Positions 51,661 through 62,055 are shown, numbered from the whole stretch's first letter. The stretch is DNA of 62,634 nucleotides, filler included, from Rhabdomonas costata (GCA_019059605.1; 40 parts of 40 records of this genome joined end to end with filler, not necessarily neighbours in it), one strand, 5' to 3'. The notes: generated by a model from the sequence alone, not told the origin. Program-made: numbers and translations.

Positions 51661-52686
51661 NNNNNNNNNNNNNNNNNNNNNNNNNNNNNNNNNNNNNNNN
51701 NNNNTTAATTAATTAANNNNNNNNNNNNNNNNNNNNNNNNNNNNNNNNNNNNNNNNNNNNGTTGGTGTGTTTGGTTTGGGCTTTCAGATTTTATACCCCT
51801 AAAAACATCATCACAAGCATCACAGTCACTTCTCGTAAGGAAAAAACAGCCAATGCACAGCAACAAAAGCCGAACGCCAGACCACCGGTTCCTGAACACT
51901 GGCATTGCTCCGAAGCATATTTACAATGAGAAGGCGGCATCTGCAGGGTGGCCTTTGCAGTCACTCCCGACCAAAGGGCAAAAGAGAGCTTACCGCCCGA
52001 GGCTGACTATCCAACCCTTCAGTACATTCTCAGCACATGACGAAGGGGTAAAGCACCCAAAACCCATCACCATTAGTGCTGATTTGCAACCACGTCTTCA
52101 AAGCACACACAAATATTTATGCACAGGTGATTGCAAGCAACCCAGGCGCAGCAAAAGAAGGCGCGGCAAAGAAAGTCAAACCCAGGCCGGGCCTGCACTT
52201 GAATTCATTCAGGAAAGCGAAAGAACGAGACAACCGCCTCCCCATTTGGAAAAGGATCGGGCCTCCCTTGCTCACACGGAAAAAAAGGTACCAAGAGCCA
52301 CAAGAAAGCAGCGCAAAGGAAGAAGCAAGAATGAAGAGGCAAAAAACAAAAAAAGCGCCACAGACGCAGAGTCGAATGGGCAAAAACATAAAAATCACGG
52401 CCACTTCCGGTAAGAAGAAGGCAGGCAGGCAGGCAGATATGTAATTTTGGGGGAAGGGAGCTGGAAAGCGAGAATGTGGCATGCATGTGTGGTTGCTCAG
52501 TGCAAAAGCACAACGGGCTGTTGGAGCAATCTCACCACAAGATGCTTGACGAAGAGCCTTCCTACAGAATTCCGCATTGTGAGGAAACGTGGGGGTTTGA
52601 AAAGAAAGCCTATGCCAAAGGGTCCCGCTTACACCCTTCCAAAAACTGCTCCACAGACAGTCCGCTGTATTCGGGGAGGGTATCGC

Positions 52687-53228
52687 TCACTTCTGCTCAA
52701 ACCGGATCACCCCGTCCCATGTTCTGCCCGGGCTCCGCCCAGCACGGCACAGCTGCAGCAACACCTGAGTGGGGCCGTCTTCGGGCACCGTACGTTGGGC
52801 CTGCTCAAACCATCGCATGGCCTCGTCCAAGTCCCCCGAGGCAAAGCAATCCAGGCCCTGTGGCGAGAGGGAGACGAGGACGTGCGGCAACACGACATTT
52901 CAAAAAACGGGACGCCTTGGAGTAGGAACTCATTTAGAATGAAGCGCTGCGTCATGTTGGGCCAGTATATGTCCAAGGTCCACACAGAAGATCTCGAGAA
53001 GTAACGAGAGGAACCCATTCTCCTCACCCGTCTTCTTAGCCACTGTCTGAAAACAGGAATGCCCTCCCCTCCCCAGCAGGGGGTAAAAATATTTTCCCCT
53101 GGCAGATAATACTTACCCAGCTGATATAAGAAACCGTACCCAGTGGTGGGCAGGGCAGGAACACACACACAAACACTCAAATGGTCCCCTCCACCCTCCA
53201 CCCAGGATGTAAACACCTTCTCGTACAG
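52687..53228 (-). CDS. C-terminus of an adenylate/guanylate cyclase family protein (exons to 53217 and 52857-52687)
   Basis: LYEK|GLDCFASGDLDEAMRWFEQAQRTVPEDGPTQVLLQLC...WDGVIRFEQK* matches the TPR-like tail with P.DgPs..l.rC...WDGV...K found on class III cyclases. Confidence 0.75.
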
Positions 53229-53329
53229 NNNNNNNNNNNNNNNNNNNNNNNNNNNNNNNNNNNNNNNNNNNNTTAATTAATTAANNNNNNNNNNNNNNNN
53301 NNNNNNNNNNNNNNNNNNNNNNNNNNNNT

Positions 53330-54580
53330 AACAGGAAGATATATGGCAAGAGCGACGGCATCCTGGAGGGTTGTCATCTGTCTTTGAAGGAGTGGCTGCA
53401 CCTAGCTTATTTCTGGGCTCACAACTCTGCCGGTGTTAGGGCTGAGCATATGCTGCAAAGAATTAGAGGCACCAAGATGAAAAAAACGTCCCCAAGGTAA
53501 AAGCTGGTTCCGCAGACGCACCCAGGAGGGAGAGAACAGCCTTTCGCTCGTCCTGGCTCCAGCTGGAGACCTCTGGGCACTCGCTGTAGAAGCACTGCGG
53601 ACGCACAGCAGTGTCGTCGGGGTCATCCCCCCCACACCCACCACCACTCCACATTCTTTCTCCACCATTGCACCGAAGTGGCGAAGGAGCGTTCCCCGGA
53701 AGCGTTCTGGAAGTCTGGAAGGAGCGTTTTCAAAGCGTTCTGGAACTCGGTATACTCATCAGAATACACCCACAAAGTTGCCAAAAAGGAAAGACTGAAA
53801 TAATTGAGCACGTGAAGCCGACCGTGATGGCTTTTGGGTTAAAGAGCCTAACCCAGCTTCAGTACCAACCCTATGCAGGCCGAAATGAATGGATAAAGAC
53901 ACAACGAGCCTTTTCAAAAGTACAGTATTCGATCTTGGAGTGGTCGAGCGGGGCAAGCGCGTCGATATTCTTCTGAAAAGAATCCATGTACGCAATGGAA
54001 ACCGCATCAATCGTAAAATGAGGACAAATCACACCGCTGCTCGACCTGCCCCACACAATACCGTCAAAAGAGGTGTGCTGGACAGTTGGGCACGGAGGCA
54101 ACGGGCACCCATTCTCAGTCGCGCAAACTTGGAGTATTACAGCAAGCGGATGTGAGGCAAGAGAAAGAGAGATCGAGGTTGCGGCACACCTTGGATTTCC
54201 GCGGCATTCCATCGCTATCGTACCTGAGCGCGGTAACCCCTCTCTGGCACCCAAGCCCTCTCTGGCACATGTTTACCTTACGTGCCCGAAGCATGATCTC
54301 AGCTGACTACGCACTAATCAGAACAAGTCTCGCTTCACTCGCGAAAAAATGGGATAAATGTCACGCTGCGCATCTAAAAGCATTTCTTTTTTCGGTCCCC
54401 GCCAGAAGCGAGCAGGAAGAGGAACGGTACGCCGGAAGCTCTTGGACACTATTATGCAAGCAACGAAATGACATATTGAGGAGGACAGTCCCCAGCGTGC
54501 ACGCACTCCTCCGATGATGAGCCCCCATATGCTTCTGCTTCCCAACTATCTCACTGTACAGCGGCTGCTCGAGGTGCGGT
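53330..54580 (+). mobile_element. Decayed Merlin/IS1595-family DDE transposase
   Basis: In order across broken frames: GILEGCHLSLKEWLHLAYFWA, KRKRDRG..PW, IVPERGNPSLAP, SMISADY...HAAHLKAF, GSSWTLLCK. This parallels Lsl..w....y.W, KRKYNRG..W, VpdR...tL.p, s.I.sD..H..vnH and iEs.W. Confidence 0.6.
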
Positions 54581-54697
54581 GGGGTGGGAGTGGGGGAATA
54601 CTCTTGGTCCGCAGCCCTAGCCGCGGCGTAGACCTCCTCGTCGCTATTGTAGCCCGATCTGAGTCAATCCCATACCCGCCCCCCTCCACTCACTGAT

Positions 54698-54720
54698 CCA
54701 CACACACACACACACACACA
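54698..54720 (+). repeat. (CA)n microsatellite
   Basis: Directly visible dinucleotide run. Confidence 0.9.
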
Positions 54721-54915
54721 GAAACCAACGTCATCACACCCTGAGGAGAGCTTGGCATCTTTGCACCCAAAACAAGAAACGAAGGGACACAATAAANNNN
54801 NNNNNNNNNNNNNNNNNNNNNNNNNNNNNNNNNNNNNNNNTTAATTAATTAANNNNNNNNNNNNNNNNNNNNNNNNNNNNNNNNNNNNNNNNNNNNGTGG
54901 TTGTGGTTTCTCCAG

Positions 54916-55150
54916 GGTTCCAGGCTTGCGTGGGAACGTCATGCTCTGGAATACCTTGGCAGATGCTGCTATCCGCAGTGCAAGTCAAATGTCTGCGGGA
55001 GATATGGTTAGCTGCGTGGATGCGTTCTGCGAGGTTCCCTGCCTTGCGAATAATATGGTTTTGTGGAAGGCGCTGGCGACAAGAGTGCCGATGGTGGTGG
55101 AGCACGCAAGCCTGAGGGAGCGCTCGGACATTGCGAATGGGTTTTCCAAG
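54916..55150 (+). CDS. Exon of a helical-repeat (OPR/HPR/FASTK-like) protein
   Basis: Two roughly 38-aa units: LWNTLADAA...MSAGDMVSCVDAF and LWKALATRV...ASLRERSDIANGFSK; donor AAG|gtgccc. Confidence 0.45.
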
Positions 55151-58095
55151 GTGCCCGGGGCGTTTACCCTTGAACAGTTGTGGGGTGCCTTGTCTGCCCA
55201 GCTGTGAGATGTCATCGATCTGTGATCTGTATCACCAGCTAGCTTGATGTTTCCACTGAGCAGTTATTGTCTGTATACAGATGACCGTCCTGCAGCTGGG
55301 GGGTTTTCCCTGATACAGTCGTACCGTCTTTTTCCCGTTTCCTGATTGCGCGCCGTGTTGACGGGAAGGTGGGCAGTGTTTGCTTTTATAGTGTGTGGAG
55401 TAAGGATACAAATGGTCCGTCACGCTCAGCTGGGGGACAAATCCATTACGAATATACACACCTGAAAATCACGAGAATTGTGAAGGGAGGGGAAGAGAGG
55501 GAGTCTTTCCACCATTACTCTGCAATCGCAAGGGTACAAGGTGAATATTCGACCAGAACTGAAAGCTAGCAATGTTCAGATGTCCCTTATTGCCCGTTCC
55601 TTGGAGATGCTTCGCGGGGGACACTTTTTACTTGGCGAATCGGAAGGATTCCAAGAAGCCTTCACCTCCGGTACTCTTTGTAATGCCCCTCACACTCACA
55701 CACCCGCTTTCTGTGTTCTCTTCTTCCACTTCTCAGTGTCGTGGTATGTAAATGAATGGAGAAGAAAACCTTCGCCTTTCTGGGCTTGAGTCCTGCCGGC
55801 TGTTCTCGGAGTGAGCACTTCGGGTTAGGCTTACGCTGACGTCGCTCCCCCTTCTTTGTTTGTGTGCGTGCATAGTCTGTGTGTAAAATGGGTGCCGCGG
55901 CGGTGGCTTCGGCATGCCCTCAGGCGGTCTCTGCCGCCTCGCAGGTCCAGTCGGCGCTGCGCCTGCGCGAGGTGCCCTCCCCCTTTTTGGCACAGAGGAA
56001 GCGGCAATGAATGAATGAAGTATTCGTGTATTGGACTTCTGGTTTCAGTTTTTGAGCAAGAAATAGAACTCGTTTTTGTTGCGCAATGCCGATAGACGTT
56101 GTGTACAGCACTGTAGGCAATGAAAAACAGAGGCACAAAGACAAGGACAAACCAACAAGCGCATAGAGGACAGAGCACAGATCTGTGAGGTTCGAGTTAT
56201 GTATCCGAGCGTCCTTCATCTCAAGATTCGCATTCCGTGTCCTCCAACCAGAGTGGGGCCAGAGTTGCCATCATGCCTGAGCCAGACTGTGAAAATGGGC
56301 TCGAGCCCATTTCAGTGCCTGACAGTATCCGTACCGGTCTTTACCCTTTATGCCCAACAACANNNNNNNNNNNNNNNNNNNNNNNNNNNNNNNNNNNNNN
56401 NNNNNNTTAATTAATTAANNNNNNNNNNNNNNNNNNNNNNNNNNNNNNNNNNNNNNNNNNNNGTGGTGGGGTGGTGGGCTCGGAGCTGGTCATCCCCGAG
56501 CCGGACTCCACCCCCAGGGGAATCGAGGAGCCCCGGGCGACCTCCTCCACCTGAGCGTGGGGTGAAGAAGGGATGAGTTCGGCCCACAGGAGTCAATGGA
56601 GAGGAATATACAGGAGTGTAGTGGAGTGAGAGGATTGGACAGAGTGCAGAGCAATGCAAGGATGAGTTCACAGGAGTCACAGAAGAGCAGACCAGAGGAG
56701 TCCAGAGGCATGAACCAGAATGCAAGAATGGCTGGGTGAGCGCAAACAGCGTGGGCATCATCGCAAAAAAGATATCACTCTCCTAACTTCCACGATATGC
56801 TGCAGGCACCTGCCCAAAAAGGTCTTGAACATTTTCTGGACAATGGAAGACTCCTGTCTCGCTCGGCAGCGTGGGAGTGCCAGCCAACAATACCTCTATG
56901 GTAAGCTGCAGCACCTCGTGGTGGAAGCAGGCGTGGATCTCCCGAGTGAGGGCTTGCGTGCTGACGTGGTCTCCATCTGCTCGGACCCTGGGAAAAGGCA
57001 AGTTTCTCGCCCCAAAGGTCGGTTCACGGCACCTAATACCTCAACCCATGGACGTGAGACAAGTCATTGGGGTGCACTGCGCATCAAGGAAACCCAAATT
57101 CGGCCGAAGAGGCCCGCGTCTAGTGACTTTAACATTTGCCTTGGTGACACGAAAGAGCACCCCCACACACACAAAAACACACAGAGAATTGTGTGGAAGG
57201 ACTGGCATCCTTTCACCCCAGGTGTGCCCCTTGCTCGGACTCATTCAGCTGGTCGGGGGTCGCTGGCTCAGGAGCGGGCCGTGCCTTCTTGTTGGCCATC
57301 GTCGGGCGCGGCTATCCAGGCTCCATTGTCATCCATTGCTGTCCACCTTCACCACGTTCCCCGCCTGGGCCTTCCACGGGCTGTGAGCTGCCTCAACCGG
57401 CGTCGATGACGGAGTGGATGACCTGCCTTTCAAGTTCGAGTTTAGCCCACCCATCGTCTCGGGCACCACCGGTCCACCGTGAAGGGTGAAAAAGCCAGCG
57501 TCGAAGACAACGCTCAGGTTGAGTATTGGTGACGCTCCAAACAGGAGGAACGCACCCCCCCCCCACACACACGCGCGCAAACGAACCTCACACTGCCCAC
57601 AGTGCTGCCCTCCGCGAGGCTCCAAAAGTGCGCCGTGGGGGCCTGCAGCACACCCTCCATGCAGGAAACCTTTTTGAAATCATTGGTGAGAGAGTGTGTT
57701 TGCGTGCCTGCGCGCGCGTGTTGGGCGCACTGGGCGCTGGCTGTTGCCTGGTTGAATGGTTTGCTTGGCGCTTGGTTGTTGGTGACCACCAAACAAAACT
57801 GTGTACTGACGGGCGCTGTTGGTCACGCCTCCGCGAATGTCTTGCAGGTGTTTCGCTGAAGAAGTCCCCCTTTGGTTTTCTTGTCTTCGCGCGCGCTTGC
57901 ATGTGTGGAAACTCGAAAACATTCACACACNNNNNNNNNNNNNNNNNNNNNNNNNNNNNNNNNNNNNNNNNNNNTTAATTAATTAANNNNNNNNNNNNNN
58001 NNNNNNNNNNNNNNNNNNNNNNNNNNNNNNGGGGTGGTTTTTGTACCACGATTGTGAAACAGAAAAAATTAAATCAACTCTCTTACCTACTCCAA

Positions 58096-58981
58096 ATTCC
58101 GATTCCTCTATTTTACTGTGATGAATTACTTCACTTTGGAGTAGGTAAGAGAGTTGATTTAATTTTTTCTGTTTCACAATCGTGGTACAAAAACCTTATA
58201 CAAGTAGTTGGTTCTGTTGGTTCAGTATTAGGAACATACACAGTCACAAATAAAAACAGTGGATTTTCTAACAGCACTATTAACGTCTCAATGTTGGATA
58301 TGAAGCTATACTTAAATAGGTGCTATATCGGTAAGTCCTACGTACCACGTAGTATCAAAGCAACCTGTCATATGAAACAGTTTTCACCAGTTATCGCAAA
58401 TCTCAACAATAATTCATCTACTACAACTGTTACTGGAACGTTTGATACTGGCGGGCGCGTTTCTCATATTATTGTTGCTTTTAATGTGAATCCTTCCCTC
58501 TATCCTCATTACAGCCCCACTGATTTTTCCTGTGGCTATGTTGATGCGTCTGGAAATGCTGCAGTTTGTGAAGCAAAAAATACAACAGACGCAGTTACTC
58601 TTATTAAACAGATCCAAGTTAAGCACGGAACGTGTATTTATCCTCAAGAATCATATAGTCTACAAACTGACGGGACTACTGGATCAACCAACACAAATGA
58701 TTTATATCGCTGCTATCAAGATTATTGCATCATGTGTGATGCTCTGAGAACGCCATGTGGGGCTCTTCTTTCATACAGTGAGTGGCAGTGCAACCCAATT
58801 TTCGTATTCAAGAATAAAGCTTCTCTGAATGAGTGTTTGTGTGGATCTAAACGGTCAACTAGGAATACCAACTAATATAATCATTCTTGGGCTCTATGAT
58901 TCTTATCTAACATTTGAATACAATGAATATGCAGAGGTTATAAATATGATACCATCTAGTGCACCTCCTCTATTTGAGTAA
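58096..58981 (+). pseudogene. Double-jelly-roll major capsid protein, C-terminal part, of a Polinton-like virus/virophage-type element; frameshifted near 58830
   Basis: AT-rich, intronless, beta-rich. Motif order: IPLF..D..L, DMKLYL, VSHIIVAF, IKQIQVKHG..YPQESY, DLYRCYQDY, GALLSYSEW..PIFVFK, then in the +1 frame (58829-58981) NIIILGLYDSYLTFEYN. Bases 58036-58096 are a fold-back artefact. Confidence 0.72.
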
Positions 58982-59012
58982 GTAAGATGTGTATAAAATT
59001 ATTTTCTTTTGC

Positions 59013-59021
59013 AATAGTATA
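59013..59021 (+). promoter_or_regulatory. Candidate viral promoter motif AATAGTATA (second copy at 59410-59418)
   Basis: An identical 9-mer ends 7 nt and 3 nt before the ATGs at 59029 and 59422. Confidence 0.45.
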
Positions 59022-59028
59022 AAACAAA

Positions 59029-59367
59029 ATGGTGAACAGTATTTCATACCAATTAGGAAAGGTTGGACATCGTGTGGCTGGATTTGGGGTTAGACGACTT
59101 CCAGTTCGTAGGACTGGTCGTGGACCATCTAAAACTACACTTGTTAAACGCATTGCTAGTGCCCTATTGGGAACTGGAACTCGTCGCAGACGTACTTTAC
59201 GTGGTTCTAGCTACAAACTCAGCGGACAGGGTAGACGCCCTCGTTCAACTCTATCAACCCGCAGGACATACAGACGTCGCACTACAACTACACACAGACG
59301 CCCACGTGTTACATTATTAGGGCTAGGCAGGAAGCGAACATATCACCATCGACGGATTATGTATTAA
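59029..59367 (+). CDS. Arg-rich viral core/DNA-condensing protein, adenovirus pVII/mu-like
   Basis: 112 aa with 27 Arg, 5 Lys and no Asp/Glu; LLGTG, LSGQG, LLGLG (and VAGFG) each precede an Arg cluster; lies directly after the capsid gene. Confidence 0.7.
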   Translation: MVNSISYQLGKVGHRVAGFGVRRLPVRRTGRGPSKTTLVKRIASALLGTGTRRRRTLRGSSYKLSGQGRRPRSTLSTRRTYRRRTTTTHRRPRVTLLGLGRKRTYHHRRIMY

Positions 59368-59371
59368 GCAA

Positions 59372-59405
59372 AAGATTTTAGATTAGAATTTTAATCTAAA
59401 ATCTT
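59372..59405 (+). terminator. Perfect 14-bp hairpin just after the core-protein stop codon
   Basis: AAGATTTTAGATTA-GAATTT-TAATCTAAAATCTT, beginning 5 nt after TAA. Confidence 0.6.
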
Positions 59406-59421
59406 ATTTAATAGTATATAA

Positions 59422-59498
59422 ATGAACAAATACAAAATTCTACAGGAATACAACAAAAACTTGATGTATATAGATGATGTTTTAAATAATTCAGCAAC
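59422..59498 (+). CDS. 5' start of the next viral ORF, possibly the maturation cysteine protease
   Basis: MNKYKILQEYNKNLMYIDDVLNNSA, open to the contig end. The protease call rests on recalled N-terminal resemblance and context only. Confidence 0.35.
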
Positions 59499-59609
59499 NN
59501 NNNNNNNNNNNNNNNNNNNNNNNNNNNNNNNNNNNNNNNNNNTTAATTAATTAANNNNNNNNNNNNNNNNNNNNNNNNNNNNNNNNNNNNNNNNNNNNGG
59601 GTTGTGGGT

Positions 59610-60290
59610 CAGCGAAAAGAGAACTTTGTCGATGAGAACTCCAGAGCCAGGCCCTGTGGGTAAAGGGCACGAAGCTGAGCTGACGTTTCTGGAGAATTCG
59701 GAGCTAGCCTACTTGCGCCTTGCAGTAGGCCGCGGAAACTTGACGGACAACACTAGTCGGAATTTCATGTTCATCTGTGGACACAGTCGAACGCTTTTCA
59801 AGCGTTTTGCTCTGAAGGCGGACAACCTCAGCCCACAGTCCTCGAAAATCACCCTGTTGCCAGCGGCGGAACCGAGCAATGAGCACGGCAAGAAGACGCT
59901 TGTTGGTTCCTGTGCGCGGAAGCGGTGTTAATGGGCATTTGGGTGCAAGCATCAGCTTTTGAAAGAACAAGCGAGAAAAAAAAACAAAAAAACATGAGAC
60001 GCTTGCTTTCCATTGCGGCCGAAGAGATTCCGGAACATGCAAGAGTATCAGCGCGGATGCCCATAAGACGGTGTCAATGGAGGCAGCGAATCATCGCAGG
60101 TGTCAGGCAGTGCTGAGGGTACGGGACTCTCCTCTTCCGTGGGACTGCTGGCTGCGCTGAGGAGGTCTGGAGACGTTGGAGACGTTCCAAAAACGTTGTC
60201 TTTCATTTTTCATGGTGTGAACCGCGGCACTCCGGCGCGAGCACAGGTGTCCTTGCAGCGGCTGGGGTGCAGCACAAACAAACAGTTTAC
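59610..60290 (-). mobile_element. Decayed CRE/SLACS-like non-LTR retrotransposon, pre-RT region
   Basis: HVPESLRPQW...KLMLAPKCPL.PLPRTG...IARFRRWQQGDFRGLWAE fits the hiP...r..w / l.pk..L..p.RgG / R..rW..G....LW block of CRE-clade ORFs; stops and frameshifts present. Confidence 0.65.
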
Positions 60291-61166
60291 AAGAAGGGAC
60301 ACGAGAGAGATCTGAGGGAGAATACAAAAAACAAAACAAAAACTGAAACGCGCATAAGAACTTTCATTTCTTTGTCTTTCATTTCAGATGATTTTGCTGG
60401 CGACCTTCACCATTTCGTCTGGTTCTTTGGAGAGTGGATCCGTAGACTGGATCCAGGTGTTTTCTGACTTTTGCTATCTCCTTCCTTCGGTTAATTGGCC
60501 AGAGCCAGCTGTTATTCTTTTCCAATTCAGGAAGTTAGCAAGACCGTTGTCAACGCTGTTGATGTCTTTGCGGTGTACTTGCTGATGGACAGTAGATTGC
60601 TGAGTGGCGAAAAAGAAGCCAAAATTTTAACCGTTGCTTTGGGTATTACTTTGTTTCGTCGAGCAAGGTTAATTCAAATGCTCATCAGGTCAGCACACAC
60701 CATGCACTTTTCCAACAGGCTGGTGTGTGTCGGACAGCATCGTCACTAGATTGCTTCCCCTTTGGATTGGAGCTCGTGACTTGGAGTTCTCTTGGCGGTA
60801 TCTGCAAATGGCGGTGGAGGCAAACCTCACACTGGTGTGGCGATCAACGATGCCGGTGAGGGGGCGAGGCGGGGCCAATCAATTGTCTATTTTCGCCAGT
60901 AAGGGCATCTGACCCAACCGACCCCTCCCCCTCATTTGCGTTGCATATGCTTGACATAAATGCTTCAGAAATGCTGAGCAGAAATGCAGCGAGAAGCATC
61001 TATGTGGGTGCACAAATAAAGCGTTTACGCACTGAAATAAACGCTTAATAGGAAAGAAAAAACACCNNNNNNNNNNNNNNNNNNNNNNNNNNNNNNNNNN
61101 NNNNNNNNNNTTAATTAATTAANNNNNNNNNNNNNNNNNNNNNNNNNNNNNNNNNNNNNNNNNNNN

Positions 61167-62055
61167 GCACCCCGAGGGGCACGCCATCATCTCAACGAAG
61201 TGGTAGGTCTTCTGTTTGTTCTTGATCCAGTCCATGACCTGAACATAAACAGTGCAGGAAAAGGGTTGGGAAAGGGGGGCCCAAGAAAACGCAAAACATG
61301 CTTGGCAAAGCCGCCTCGCGCACCACAAGGAACACTGATCATCAGCCACAGGCAAGAATTTCGCTGGAATGAGATTTGCTTGCCCGCCAGCCCGCCTTTC
61401 AGTCATTCCGTCAAACTTCACCATCATGATAACGCCCCCTCATGGAAGCAACGACAGCTGGCCCTCAGAGAAGGTTGTTCTTGGGTTCCTAGGGGAATAC
61501 CAGAATGCAACCCTTCAGGCCTTTAGGGGGGAGAAAGGGCCAGTGTTGCGCGAGCGTAACAATGCAGGTCGGTCAATCTCACGCTCTTTTCCAGTAGTAA
61601 ATCCAAACCTTGTGGACATTCTTGCCCCCGCTTGCAATGCAGATGTTGATGTTGGTGCCCCCAACCTGAGCACAAAGCGAGTTTAAGCGACAAGTACATA
61701 TCCATTGTAATACGATCACACACTTGGCAGTGGCAAAAGTAACTGTGTTCTTTGCGAGTGTCAAAGTGAAGCAACGAAAGGCAGAATGCATCTACAGTGG
61801 GAAGCAATCGGGAGCAGAAAGGGATGGATATGAGAAATCTTGTGGCATTTCTGGGCGCTTTTTTCTCAGAGAATTCAAAGCATGATGGAATTGTGGGCAC
61901 CTCAATGGTCGCTTCCTTGATTCCGTCAAGGCCTCGGCAGGCGTGGAAGTCAAGGGGCAGGGCCTTGCCCGTGACGGTCTCGTAGGCGGTACGCAGGGCA
62001 GCCTCCATCACACCACCAGTGACCCCAAACAGCGACGCCGCTCCGGTGGAGCGCC
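61167..62055 (-). CDS. hydA: [FeFe]-hydrogenase H-cluster domain, three exons (62055-61901, 61665-61609, 61238 to contig end)
   Basis: [24 protein letters not shown]...[25 protein letters not shown]|...[17 protein letters not shown] introns join in phase 0. [14 protein letters not shown] separates HydA from Nar1/NARF. Confidence 0.93.

Noticed and set aside
58036-58195. Inverted repeat as a viral hairpin end or TIR
   Set aside because: One arm lies inside capsid coding sequence, and the same terminal fold-back pattern occurs on host contigs.
1470-61166. Regularly spaced TTAATTAATTAA palindromes as a biological repeat or CRISPR-like array
   Set aside because: Always embedded in N-runs; an artificial six-frame-stop linker.
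58031-62055. Physical linkage between the viral module, the retrotransposon and the hydrogenase
   Set aside because: They are separate contigs placed together only by length sorting.
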